Source of the DNA: an uncultured Acidobacteriota bacterium
Lineage (GTDB): Bacteria; Acidobacteriota; Thermoanaerobaculia; Gp7-AA8
Length of the DNA stretch: 64,000 bases
Direction: 5' to 3'
Assembly: GCA_963822445.1 (NCBI GenBank)
Contig: CAWGHO010000002.1
Span: 416,001-480,000, forward strand
The notes under the pieces were generated by a model. It saw nothing but the letters and a program-made list of their open reading frames with translations, ran no database searches and was not told the DNA's origin. The number at the start of each line of letters is the position of its first letter. Position 1 is the stretch's first letter. Shown piece after piece: positions 10,011 to 19,515 of this stretch. Both the position numbers and the translations under genes were made by a program.

Positions 10011-11229
10011 TCAGCGGCCGAATTTGAGGACCGGCGTCGTCCCCTCGGGCTCGCAGGTCTGTCGCTCCGCCAGTTCGACGCGGCCGGCGTCGTAGCGCAA
10101 ATTGGTCACGTTCCAGATGCGAAATGCGCAATCGGGGGAGGATTGAACGTCCGCACCTGACATCCCCGGGTGTAGACCTGCACCATTGCACCGGCGTCAG
10201 CGATCGTGCCGCTGCCTTGATAGACGTGAATGAAGTAGCGGAAGTCTCCCACCGCGTCGCCGCGCACCGTGAGTGTCTCGTAACGCCCGGGGTAGACCTC
10301 ATCGACATCGAGCCGGGCGAAGGTCCGACCGTTGGGCAACACGCCTTCCTTGTTCCGGAAATAGACAGTGTCGGCTGCCGGGAAGCGCGTTGCGTTCGAC
10401 TGCCAGAAATGCGTGTCGAGGTCACGTGGATCGTTGCGCCAGCCGAGAACGAAACGGGCGACTTCATCGTCCTTGAGGTCTGGAGAAAGAGGCAACGCCG
10501 CACGTGTAATCTTCCCGGGGCGCACTTCGAATTCACGTTCCGAGGGGCAGTACCCGGGCGCCTGCGCGGAGAAGCGATGCCGTCCCGGTGGCAAGTCGAC
10601 TGTGACGACGCGTCGCGGACTCGACGACAGAGAACGCGTACGATCCTTCACGATCGCGTCGACCGGCTCGGCCGCTCGCATGGCATTGAACGTTGCGATT
10701 TCCAGTCTGCCGAACGTCGGTTTCAGATCGACAGGAACGCGAACGCTCTGCAGCGCGGCCGCCTGCACCCGTGCGGTCCGCGGGTGGTAGCCGTCGAGAC
10801 GCGCCGTATAGCTGCCAGACCCGCTGTTGATGCGGCCGAGACGCGCAATGAACAGACCGCCGATGTGAGTGATCGGCACCGACATCGCCCGTCCGGTGGC
10901 GTCGTCCGTCACAGTGAGGCGGCGGGACGTGAGGTCGGCATCGAATACGCTGTCGCGCACCGCGAGATCGAGATACGCGGGCGGCGTCAGAAACCAGGGG
11001 ACGCTCAACAGGCCGAGCCCAGCCACGATCATCGAGCAGAGGAACGTGAGCGGTTTGCGCTCGTTCGGAATGGCTGCCATCGCAAATCCTAGCGTCGCCC
11101 CGATGACGGCGTCGAAGCGGCCGGCTTCACGAGCACGCGATGCGTCCACTGCAGGTCGATGAACGCAAAAAGCGTCAGCGCCAAACCAAAGAAGAAGAGC
11201 AGGAAGAGAAGGCGGGCCGCTCGGTTCAT
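10011..11229 (-). pseudogene. Membrane-anchored PEGA/carboxypeptidase-regulatory-like + YfaP (DUF2135)-like protein with two -1 frameshifts (pseudogene or sequencing error)
   Basis: The N-terminus MNRAARLLFLLFFFGLALTLFAF (ATG 11229) shifts frame near 11120 into ORF 10106..11368 (VLGWRNDPRDLDTH, ARLDVDE, FRYFIHVY, VQVY). A second shift at a G5 run near 10135 continues PDCAFRIWNV...LKFGR to a stop at 10011. Confidence 0.6.
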
Positions 11230-11231
11230 GA

Positions 11232-14200
11232 TCAGGCAACCTCCAACGGACTCTCGCACACCGAGCAACGTCCCCGCGGCTCGACGTTCGAATAGCAGAT
11301 CGAGCATTGCACGAGCGCCGCGATGGGAACGGGCATGGACTCGACGACGGTCGCCGTTCGCGACTCATCTTCCTGAGCCGCGACGCTGAGAATCGGCCCC
11401 TCGGCGATCGGCATCACTGGCCCGACCTTCGGGTCATACCCGCAATTGGGGCACGGATACTGATCCTCGTAACCACTCCAGGTGAAGCACTGCGGACAAT
11501 CGATCGTCTCGTCCTCACGCATCCGCAGGCCGCATTTCCAGCAGAGCTCGAGATCGTCGGGTACGCGCGATTCCTGGCAATGCGGACAGGCGACATGCGC
11601 GGCGATCATCTTCTGGCAATGGGTGCAGTGCACGGCGCGCCGATCGATCGGTTTCGCACACGACGGACAAGGACGATCGCCGAATTGCTTCTCGACCACG
11701 GCGACCGGAGCAGCAGGACGAAGAGGAGGCGTCACCACCTGCTCCCTGGCCGCGCTCTTGTCGATCCTGGTGATGTCGAGCGCGAAGATGTCGCGCCAGG
11801 CGATGGCCGTATGCACGACGGCGTCTTCCGTCCGCGTTGCGAACTTGCCCGCGGTCTTTGTATATGGCGCGAGCACATCGCGGTACTCCTCGTAGCTCAG
11901 GTCTTGCGCGAGATCCTTGTTAGTGAGCGTCCTGTATTGAGTGACGAACTGTTTCTGCTCGTCTGCCTCGCCCACGATCTGCGCCAGCCGCATGCGCGCT
12001 TGCGCCAGCACGGCATGCTCGGGCGAATACTGCATCATCGTCAGGTCGGGGATGCCGCTCTGATCGAGCTGGCGCGGCGGATAGACCTTCTTCAGGTAGA
12101 AGTCGAGGAGCAGCCGATAGACGGCGAGCTTTTTCTGTTCGCGCAGCATCTGGATGGTCTTCTCGATCTTCTGCAATAGGTACCGGCGATGCGTCAGGTG
12201 CTCGCTCCGCCGGTCGCGGTAGAGAAAGTCGACGGCATGGGCTTCACCGCCGAGGTTCACGTCTTCAGCAATCAGGTCGGTGAGATGCTGGTAGCTGAAG
12301 CGGAACGCCAACTGGTCTCCGTCCGACGGTAGAGGGTGCGTGGTCAGCAGTCCGAGCAGCCGTGCCAGCACGAACGCCGTCAGCGAATCGGCATACTGCT
12401 TCGCTTCGCCTGCCTGTTTCGGGATCAGATCCGCGAACTGAAAGCGGTTCTTGTCGGTGTGCAGCTCTTCTTTCTCGGCGAACGCGTTGTATGCCGCCCG
12501 CAGGCCGTGAGGGGCGGTGACGGAGCTGGGATAGAAGGCCGGAATGCCCGCCAGCTCGTGGTAGAAGACGATCGTGCCGCGGTGCTGCTCGCCGATGTTC
12601 TGATAGCTCGGCATGGTGTCACCGGGTGAACGGGCGCCGTCGACGAGGTGCTTGAATTCCGCGACTTTCTGCACGTTTCCGGCGTCGTCGAACCCGATCA
12701 GGCAGGGGCGCTGATCGGTGCTCACCGGCGCCAGCCCGGTGTGCTCCAGGCCGTGATCGCTCGGTGCGACCCACACCTTCGACAGGCGGTAGGCCTGCCG
12801 CACCATGTCGGTCCGCTCCCGCACGCTGAAACGGTTGCCGTCGAAGAGCATCGTCAAAGCGTCCGGTTGTCTCGGCTTCCGGACGATGAAGTCGCGGCAC
12901 TTGGACAGGATTTGTTCTTCGACTGTCTCCGAGGGCGTGCGCTGAATTTTCGCCAGCGCAGCGGTCACGCCGTCGACCTCGAAAACTTCGGCGAGGATCT
13001 GGCTGCCGACCATTTTCAGCGTCTGCGCTTCCGCGGCGGGCTCCCCGATCCAGGTCCGATACCACTCCTCCACGTCGCCATCGCGAAACAGGGTCAGCGT
13101 GAGCTCGGACTTCTCCGGTTTCGAGAAATAGGCATCCTTCTTCTGCAGATGCTCCTTGACGCGAGCGAAGCCAACCAGCAGCTCGTAATAACGGCCGAGC
13201 AGCCCGTCGCCGCCCTGGTGGTCGGGACCGAGGAACCGGTCGAGCTCATCGCAGATCTGCCGGCCGCGTTTGGCGATCTGCTTGCCGACACGCGCATGGA
13301 AATGGTTGTAGAAGACGCCGCGATCCTCGTCGCCATCGTCGGCCACGAGCTTTTCGTAATCGCGCTTGAGATCAGGCGAACGGAAGAGTAACTGTTCCTC
13401 GTGACGGGCCATGTCCAACTGCAACTGGTCGAGCGCGTAGGCGTAGTACTGCACGCGGTCACGCCATTGCGGAAGGCGTTCGTCGAAATAGTGCATGTAG
13501 CGGAAGTTCTCGTTGCGGAGAAGCGCCTTGAGCTCGCGGAGAAGCGAGAGCGTGTAATTGACGCCGTATTGAGGGTTGTCGGAGAGCTCGGCCGCTTTCG
13601 CTTCGATCCCGGTTTTCACCCGTTCCAGATACGTGCGCATGTTCGTGTCGAGGTGGCGCACGCCCATTCCCCACTCGTCGGGATTCTCGGAGTCTTCCCT
13701 GGCGAAGAACTGGTCGAGCTCCGCGCGGCGCTGGCTGAGAAGTGACGCTTTCTGACCGTTCGGCGTGTCCGCGAGCTCTGCGCGCAGGCTCTGAGCTTTC
13801 TGCCAGAGGTGACTCTCGAACGTGCGGCCACCGCCGGCATCGAAGACCGTCAGCGCATCTTCGATGTCGACATGCTCGATGATGCCCCCGCCGTCGCGGC
13901 GCTCATAACTGCCCTGCGCGCACTGCACGCGCTCGTCGGTCAGGAATTTGGTGAAGAGATGCTCGAGAGGATCGTCGACGATGCTCTTCTGCCAGTAATC
14001 GAGAATCTGCGAGGCCAGACGGCTCGCGCAGGCGGCCTGCACGCGCTCCGTCGGAAAGGAGATCGTGGCCAGGCCGAAGGAGCCGAAACGACAAGGGAAG
14101 GTATCGCCGACGATGTCTTTGTGCGTCGCGTCGCGGTCCTGGCGCAGCGCGACGTTGAGGAAGTTGTGCGTGTATACATTGAGATTGAACTGTTCGAGGT

Positions 14201-15182
14201 TGACGCGCGTCGCGCGCTTCATTCCGGCGAAGGCGCCGATCGAATAATCCTGGTACAGCACCTCGGCCACCATCCGATAGACGTCGAGCTCCTTGCCGCC
14301 CGAGCCGATGGCCAGTCCCGCTTCATTGCGTCCGTCGATCAGGTAGGTGCTGCTGAACGGCGGCGGCCCCATTTGCTCTTTTTGGTGGCCGGTCCAGTCG
14401 GCGGTGAACATGTGCGCGAACGTGTAATGGTTCAGCTCCATCAGTGCCGCGTAACCATTCGCGCGCACCCGCTCGGCGCCCGCGTAGGCGCTGAAGAAGC
14501 CGGGGAACAGCAGAATGCCGACGCGCTCCGCCGCAGGGAAATAGCGCCGGGCCAGAAACCCCGCGTCGAGAAAGGTCCCGCTGCCGGTTCCGCCGGCCAG
14601 CGAGGCGACGATGACCACCTTCATGTTCGAGGCGCTGAAGTCGAATCCGAATCGCGCCGCTTCGGCGAGGATGGCCGCGTCGGTCAGCTCGCGCCGGCAT
14701 TGCTCGAGCCGGCCGGTGATCTTCTGATGATTGGCGGCATCGAAGAATCCGAGACGGCTGGCGATGCGCACCTGGCCGGCCCCTTCGCGCAAATCGCCGA
14801 GGTGCGCGATTTTCCCGCCGGCCGGGAACCAGCGCTTGACGCTCGGAAAATTGTCGAGGTGCTCGACGTACTTTCCGGTACCTCCGGCGATGGTCAGATC
14901 GATGCGCTCGGTGTTGGAAAACTGCACTTCGCGATACAGAGGATCGTCGCTGCTGCGCAGGTCGTACTGCTCGGCCGCGGTCTGATTCTTGTCCGTATCG
15001 ATGTGCATGAAGCGGAGAAACGGCAGGCGCGACAGCGTGCCGTAACGCTCCACGATCTTGCGCCGCAGACGGAGCAGCACTTCCTTCCCCGTCCCGCCCA
15101 GGCCAATGAGCAGAGTCGGGCCGACCGGCTTGTCGTTGACCTGCGTCGAGGGAAGGCTGGTCTGCAGAAGTTCGAGGTTCAT
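11232..15182 (-). CDS. Tubulin-like (Tubulin_2 family) GTPase with long helical region and four C-terminal zinc ribbons
   Basis: TLLIGLGGTGKEV, FMHIDTD, GAGQVR, SLAGGTGSG, ANGYAALMEL. C-terminal ribbons: CPSC..CTHC, CPHC..CWKC, CPQC..CPNC, CSIC..CSVC. AGGAGA RBS. Confidence 0.85.
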   Translation of the reverse strand: MNLELLQTSLPSTQVNDKPVGPTLLIGLGGTGKEVLLRLRRKIVERYGTLSRLPFLRFMHIDTDKNQTAAEQYDLRSSDDPLYREVQFSNTERIDLTIAGGTGKYVEHLDNFPSVKRWFPAGGKIAHLGDLREGAGQVRIASRLGFFDAANHQKITGRLEQCRRELTDAAILAEAARFGFDFSASNMKVVIVASLAGGTGSGTFLDAGFLARRYFPAAERVGILLFPGFFSAYAGAERVRANGYAALMELNHYTFAHMFTADWTGHQKEQMGPPPFSSTYLIDGRNEAGLAIGSGGKELDVYRMVAEVLYQDYSIGAFAGMKRATRVNLEQFNLNVYTHNFLNVALRQDRDATHKDIVGDTFPCRFGSFGLATISFPTERVQAACASRLASQILDYWQKSIVDDPLEHLFTKFLTDERVQCAQGSYERRDGGGIIEHVDIEDALTVFDAGGGRTFESHLWQKAQSLRAELADTPNGQKASLLSQRRAELDQFFAREDSENPDEWGMGVRHLDTNMRTYLERVKTGIEAKAAELSDNPQYGVNYTLSLLRELKALLRNENFRYMHYFDERLPQWRDRVQYYAYALDQLQLDMARHEEQLLFRSPDLKRDYEKLVADDGDEDRGVFYNHFHARVGKQIAKRGRQICDELDRFLGPDHQGGDGLLGRYYELLVGFARVKEHLQKKDAYFSKPEKSELTLTLFRDGDVEEWYRTWIGEPAAEAQTLKMVGSQILAEVFEVDGVTAALAKIQRTPSETVEEQILSKCRDFIVRKPRQPDALTMLFDGNRFSVRERTDMVRQAYRLSKVWVAPSDHGLEHTGLAPVSTDQRPCLIGFDDAGNVQKVAEFKHLVDGARSPGDTMPSYQNIGEQHRGTIVFYHELAGIPAFYPSSVTAPHGLRAAYNAFAEKEELHTDKNRFQFADLIPKQAGEAKQYADSLTAFVLARLLGLLTTHPLPSDGDQLAFRFSYQHLTDLIAEDVNLGGEAHAVDFLYRDRRSEHLTHRRYLLQKIEKTIQMLREQKKLAVYRLLLDFYLKKVYPPRQLDQSGIPDLTMMQYSPEHAVLAQARMRLAQIVGEADEQKQFVTQYRTLTNKDLAQDLSYEEYRDVLAPYTKTAGKFATRTEDAVVHTAIAWRDIFALDITRIDKSAAREQVVTPPLRPAAPVAVVEKQFGDRPCPSCAKPIDRRAVHCTHCQKMIAAHVACPHCQESRVPDDLELCWKCGLRMREDETIDCPQCFTWSGYEDQYPCPNCGYDPKVGPVMPIAEGPILSVAAQEDESRTATVVESMPVPIAALVQCSICYSNVEPRGRCSVCESPLEVA

Positions 15183-15194
15183 TCGTTTTCTCCT

Positions 15195-15566
15195 TTACGC
15201 GGGCACGCGGCGCATCAAAAGGACCGCGCCCGAGATCAGCCACCACACGGCGAGGAAAACGGCCGTCCACGGAAGCCACGCCCAATAGAAACCGATGTCG
15301 AGCACGACGTAGAACGACACGAAAATCCAGGTGAGGGAGTAAAGGAAGAAGAGGTTCCAGAAGATGGTCTTGCAGAATTCATCGCGGTAATACCGCCGAA
15401 AGAACGGATACACCGCCTTGTAGAGCACGACCCAGATCATGACGACGACCAGAAAGACCGCGGCGCCGCGCAACAGCAGGTTGTCGGATTCTTCGAACGC
15501 GCGCCCACTCTGGGCGGCGGCCGGCACCGCCACAATCAGCGACGACAGAGCATTACGGCATTTCAT
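15195..15566 (-). CDS. Small multi-pass membrane protein
   Basis: ATG 15566 with AGGAG RBS; 3 strongly hydrophobic/aromatic segments. Confidence 0.7.
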   Translation of the reverse strand: MKCRNALSSLIVAVPAAAQSGRAFEESDNLLLRGAAVFLVVVMIWVVLYKAVYPFFRRYYRDEFCKTIFWNLFFLYSLTWIFVSFYVVLDIGFYWAWLPWTAVFLAVWWLISGAVLLMRRVPA

Positions 15567-15583
15567 GAGCGACTCCTTTCGAT

Positions 15584-17293
15584 TCAGCGGCCGATCCTTG
15601 GAGGGCGGCCGGGCGGTGGAGCAGTTCGGGACATTGGCGGCGGTGGCGGCGGTCCGGCACGACTGGTCACGGCACCGGGCCTTGGTTGCTTCTGCACGGC
15701 ACGCACGCCTTTGGCTTTGATCGACAATCGCCTGGTCGGACCGCCAGTGAATTTCACGTCCCACATCTCACCGTCGGCGGCAGGCACGATGGCGAATGCA
15801 GGATTGCCGTTTGCCGGATGAAACCCATAGCTGCTGCCGAGACCTCGACACAGGCGCCCGAGCAGCTTGCCTTCGTACGAAACGTTGTGGGTCCCAAGGC
15901 GGCGGAGCGCGGTGATGGTCTCGGCGCCGGCGATCGTGATGTGGAACGTCTGCTTGCGGGACAGGACGAAGGCCGCGGCGACCGCGAGAGCGCCGAGAAT
16001 CGCCAGGATCGCCAGCAGGACCGCCGTGCGGCTGGAGCCCGTTCGCAATGCAAAGCTGACCGGCACCACGCTCGGACGGATACCCGACAGCGATGTCACG
16101 TCCTGAAACGAGAAGATCGACGACGCGTGATCGATCCCGAAAATACCGGCCATCTGCTGCCGCTGGAGACGCACACGGACGTCGGTCAGCGTCATGCGCA
16201 CATTTCCGGTGTAGCGGACGGTCGCACCGCTCCATGCCAGCCGAAGCCATTCGGTCACGCCACTGGGCGTGAATGAAACTGGCTGATTGGAACGAAGCTG
16301 CGCGCGGATGCGCTTCGCGCCGTTGGGCGGGATCTGTTCGCGAAGGTCGTCGCCGGCCGAGTCGAACACCTGCGGTGCGAGCGATTTCGCGCCGAGGTCG
16401 CGCTGGGCCCATGTCTCCGGAACGAACGGGGAATCGACGGCCAGGTCGTAATGCGCGGCGGTGACGGCGTGCTGGGTGAGACGGCTCCGGATCTCGCCAT
16501 CGAGCTCGAGCCCGACGCCGCGCCCTTCCTTGAACATTCCTTTGTCGCGGTCGGCGAGCACGAGCTGTAGATCGGCGCGAAGCGTGACTGGCTCAATGGC
16601 GAGGTTCTTCAGCTTGAGATGCTCTTGGCCCGGGAAGAGGTCGCGAAACCTGGCGTCGTACTCAGCGAGCCTTTCATTCGGGATCTCGGACGCCGAGACG
16701 AGGATGCCGTACACCGCAAGTGCGGAGCTCTGGCCGTTCTCGTCGAACGAATGCTTGTAGAGATGGACGGAGCGGATCTGGATCGACTGCGCCAGTGTTT
16801 CGAAAAAGCGCTGCACACCGGCGTCCGGCTCGCCGGCGGTGGTCTCGACGATGTTGTCGGTGATCAGCCAGACGATGCCGGTGTAGTCACGGGTGAACTC
16901 CAGCAGGGTCTCGGTGAGATAGGTACTGTTGCCGGTTCGCGCCGGAAAGTTCGCAATCGCGGTCTCGGTTCGAAATTCGCGCGGCGGCACAACGGGATGC
17001 ACTTCGCGAATGTCGGCCGGGGTGAAGGCGCCATTGGATGTGAACGTCCACATGCCGATGGTGTCGGCGTCGATGCCCGATTGGCGCCGAATGAATCCAT
17101 CGAGCCATGGCCCGAATTGCGGCGATCGATGAAAGAAATGCACGCCGAGCTGCTCGCGCGTGCGGCGTTCCGGCGAGCCGGGCGGACGGTAACCGGGATA
17201 CATGCTGCCGGAGTTGTCATAGAGGATGCGCACCGGCAACGCCTGCGCCGCGGTAGCGATCAGACAGAACGCGAGCGCGCAGAACGTCTTCAC
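15584..17293 (-). CDS. Exported vWA-like domain protein with single TM and Pro-rich cytoplasmic tail
   Basis: GTG start overlapping the upstream stop; signal peptide KTFCALAFCLIATAAQA; ILYDNSGSM (MIDAS DxSxS), STYL, WLITDN; TM AVLLAILAILGALAVAAAFVL; PPPPPP tail. Confidence 0.7.
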   Translation of the reverse strand: MKTFCALAFCLIATAAQALPVRILYDNSGSMYPGYRPPGSPERRTREQLGVHFFHRSPQFGPWLDGFIRRQSGIDADTIGMWTFTSNGAFTPADIREVHPVVPPREFRTETAIANFPARTGNSTYLTETLLEFTRDYTGIVWLITDNIVETTAGEPDAGVQRFFETLAQSIQIRSVHLYKHSFDENGQSSALAVYGILVSASEIPNERLAEYDARFRDLFPGQEHLKLKNLAIEPVTLRADLQLVLADRDKGMFKEGRGVGLELDGEIRSRLTQHAVTAAHYDLAVDSPFVPETWAQRDLGAKSLAPQVFDSAGDDLREQIPPNGAKRIRAQLRSNQPVSFTPSGVTEWLRLAWSGATVRYTGNVRMTLTDVRVRLQRQQMAGIFGIDHASSIFSFQDVTSLSGIRPSVVPVSFALRTGSSRTAVLLAILAILGALAVAAAFVLSRKQTFHITIAGAETITALRRLGTHNVSYEGKLLGRLCRGLGSSYGFHPANGNPAFAIVPAADGEMWDVKFTGGPTRRLSIKAKGVRAVQKQPRPGAVTSRAGPPPPPPMSRTAPPPGRPPRIGR

Positions 17294-18552
17294 TGTGCCG
17301 CTCCTTTCGAGACCAGCTCGCGGACTTCTACGATGCCGTCCCGGTTTCCGGCGGCGATGTACGACTCGAACGAAGCGAGCGCCGTGATGGCGGCACCGCT
17401 CTGGTCGCCGAGGCGCCACACCTCGTGGCGCGGCAGTTGGGCGAGGTTGTAGAGGAGAACGCGGCCGTCCTCCATCCCCACCGCGGCCGCGCAGCCCTGC
17501 ACGATGACGGGCGAGCCCTTGCTCGCGCGCTCATGGGGCGCGAACGAGTCGCGCACGCCGGTGCGCCAGAAAGCGATTCCGCGCGTGTCGATGCCGACGC
17601 CGTCGCGGTCCCAGTCATCGGCGCCGTCGCGTGTCAGCGCAAAGAGCTGCGTGTCTTCGTCGAGCGGTTCCTCGATCGCCCCCGTGGCCGCGTTGATCCG
17701 GTAAAGCCGGTGCGCATCGCCGAAAATACCGAAGATCGTGCCGCCCAGGAGAGCGATGGGATGGTCTGTCAGCGAGTGCAGGGCAACGGCATGCGTCGCG
17801 AGGCCGTCACTCATCACGTGCAATCGCACGCGGCCGTCTTCCTCAGACAGAAATACCGCGCGCGAGCTCGAAGGATCGGCAGCCACCCAACTCATTTTCG
17901 GAGCGCCATGAATCGAGCGAACGCTGCCTTGCTCGATGACCTGAACCTCGCGCCAGTCGGCCGTGGCGACGGTCACGTAAAGGCGATCGCCGACCGCTGT
18001 GAGCGCATGAATCGGCGTTCCGCTCAGCGTCACGTGCCAAAGAGGACGGATGCGCGGCGTTTCGAGCACCAACGCCGCCAATGCGTAGGCACTCAGTTGG
18101 CCGCGCGTTGCGAGATAGAGCACTCCGTCGCTGATGCATGGCTCCGCCGTGACTGGTCCCTGCGTCTGAAAGCGGCAGACGCTCTTCGCGCGCAACGGAT
18201 CGGCGACCTCGACGACGCCGTTGAGAGAGATCGCGATGAGGTGGCCGTCATAACCGAGAAGGCTCCGGCAGCTATCGCCGAGGCGGAGGCGCAGGTCGGT
18301 CGCGCGGGTGGTGCAGTCATGGGCGGCGGCGGACGACGCATTCGCGCTCAGGCGTCGCGGCCCGCCTCTGTACCCGGCCCAATTCGCGGCCAGCGGCGAC
18401 AATGCGGTTCCGCAACCTCGGCAAAAGACGGCAAACGAGCGGTTGCGCGACGCGCAGCGCGAACATCGCTTCACGTAACCGCCGCAAAGACAGCGGGGGG
18501 CATCCGTGGCGAGCTCGGACACACAGTCAGGTTGCGAATAAGGGCAAGTCAC
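17290..18552 (-). CDS. Zinc-ribbon + PQQ/WD-like beta-propeller protein
   Basis: N-terminal CPY..C, CLC, CSRC..FCRGC; WAGYRGGPRR (PQQ-like start); GPVTAEPCISDGVLYLATRG; IAAGNRDGIVEV. Confidence 0.65.
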   Translation of the reverse strand: MTCPYSQPDCVSELATDAPRCLCGGYVKRCSRCASRNRSFAVFCRGCGTALSPLAANWAGYRGGPRRLSANASSAAAHDCTTRATDLRLRLGDSCRSLLGYDGHLIAISLNGVVEVADPLRAKSVCRFQTQGPVTAEPCISDGVLYLATRGQLSAYALAALVLETPRIRPLWHVTLSGTPIHALTAVGDRLYVTVATADWREVQVIEQGSVRSIHGAPKMSWVAADPSSSRAVFLSEEDGRVRLHVMSDGLATHAVALHSLTDHPIALLGGTIFGIFGDAHRLYRINAATGAIEEPLDEDTQLFALTRDGADDWDRDGVGIDTRGIAFWRTGVRDSFAPHERASKGSPVIVQGCAAAVGMEDGRVLLYNLAQLPRHEVWRLGDQSGAAITALASFESYIAAGNRDGIVEVRELVSKGAAQ

Positions 18553-18561
18553 ACTCGGTCC

Positions 18562-19515
18562 TCACCGACTCCGGTTGACGATCACCTCGGGTTGTCGAAG
18601 GACCTGCTGTCCTTCGATGAACCCGTTTCGAATCACACCGGTAATGACACCGTCCGCGACGCGGGGGTCATTCGTGGTGGAGCGGCCGATGTGGCGTGCG
18701 CTGTCGAACAGCGTCTCCCCGAGCGTCACTTCGATCGGCTCGACGGCGGCGATGCGCAGTAGCTGGCGCACGAGATCCACGCCGTTCTGCAGCTCATCCG
18801 GACGCTGCTCGAGCTGCGCCTGCTGATAGCGCTGGAGATACAGGTCCGCAAACGGGAGGAACGATTCAGTGACCCAGCTCTGGAATCGGAACGCGAAGCG
18901 GCTTGCGTCGGAAGTGAGCAGCCCCGCCAGCTCGCGCGTGCGGCGTACCTCCTCCGCATCCGTTTCGAGGCGTGGAAACTTGCCGCTGATGATGCGCGGG
19001 ATGAATCCGATGCGCTGAATGACCGTGCGATGCTCGCGGCACGGCCCGATCACGCCGTCGAACGTCGGCCTCAGATCGGAGGGCACGACCTGCGTCAGCT
19101 CATCGAGAATCCCCTGCCACGCGTTGTCGTGCGTCGCGCTCTCGAATGCAGCACTCAGCTCCTTGTTCGCGCAGAACTGGTTCCACTCCGCGCCCAGGAT
19201 CTGGTGCTCGAGCGCGACGGCGTCGGTCGACACGGGCGGCCTCGCGGCAATTTGCTCGACGATGCGAAGGACGCCGGTCACTTCCGCGCGCAGAAGGGCG
19301 AGCTCGTTCGCGATCGGATCCAGTTGCTCGACAGTAAGGACATTCGCCTTATTTACTTTCTCGTCGAGAACATCGATCACAGCATTCAGCCGCTTCGCTG
19401 CGTCCGTTTCTTCGAGCACGGCGCGCCTGCGTCGGAACAGAAGAAACACGAGCAGCACCACCGCGATCAGCGACAGCGCAGCGCAGGCGACGATCAACAT
19501 GGTCTGAATGGTCAT
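18562..19515 (-). CDS. Membrane-anchored GrpE-like protein
   Basis: N-terminal TM, coiled coil, C-terminal GETLFDSARH...GVITGVIRNGF...VLRQPEVIV (GrpE beta-domain signature FDP..H / V..GY / LRPA.V.V); ATGA overlap. Confidence 0.72.
   Translation of the reverse strand: MTIQTMLIVACAALSLIAVVLLVFLLFRRRRAVLEETDAAKRLNAVIDVLDEKVNKANVLTVEQLDPIANELALLRAEVTGVLRIVEQIAARPPVSTDAVALEHQILGAEWNQFCANKELSAAFESATHDNAWQGILDELTQVVPSDLRPTFDGVIGPCREHRTVIQRIGFIPRIISGKFPRLETDAEEVRRTRELAGLLTSDASRFAFRFQSWVTESFLPFADLYLQRYQQAQLEQRPDELQNGVDLVRQLLRIAAVEPIEVTLGETLFDSARHIGRSTTNDPRVADGVITGVIRNGFIEGQQVLRQPEVIVNRSR

Noticed and set aside
11232-15182. Calling the tubulin-like gene ftsZ
   Set aside because: Far too long, lacks FtsZ-specific motifs and the dcw context; fits the divergent Tubulin_2 type.
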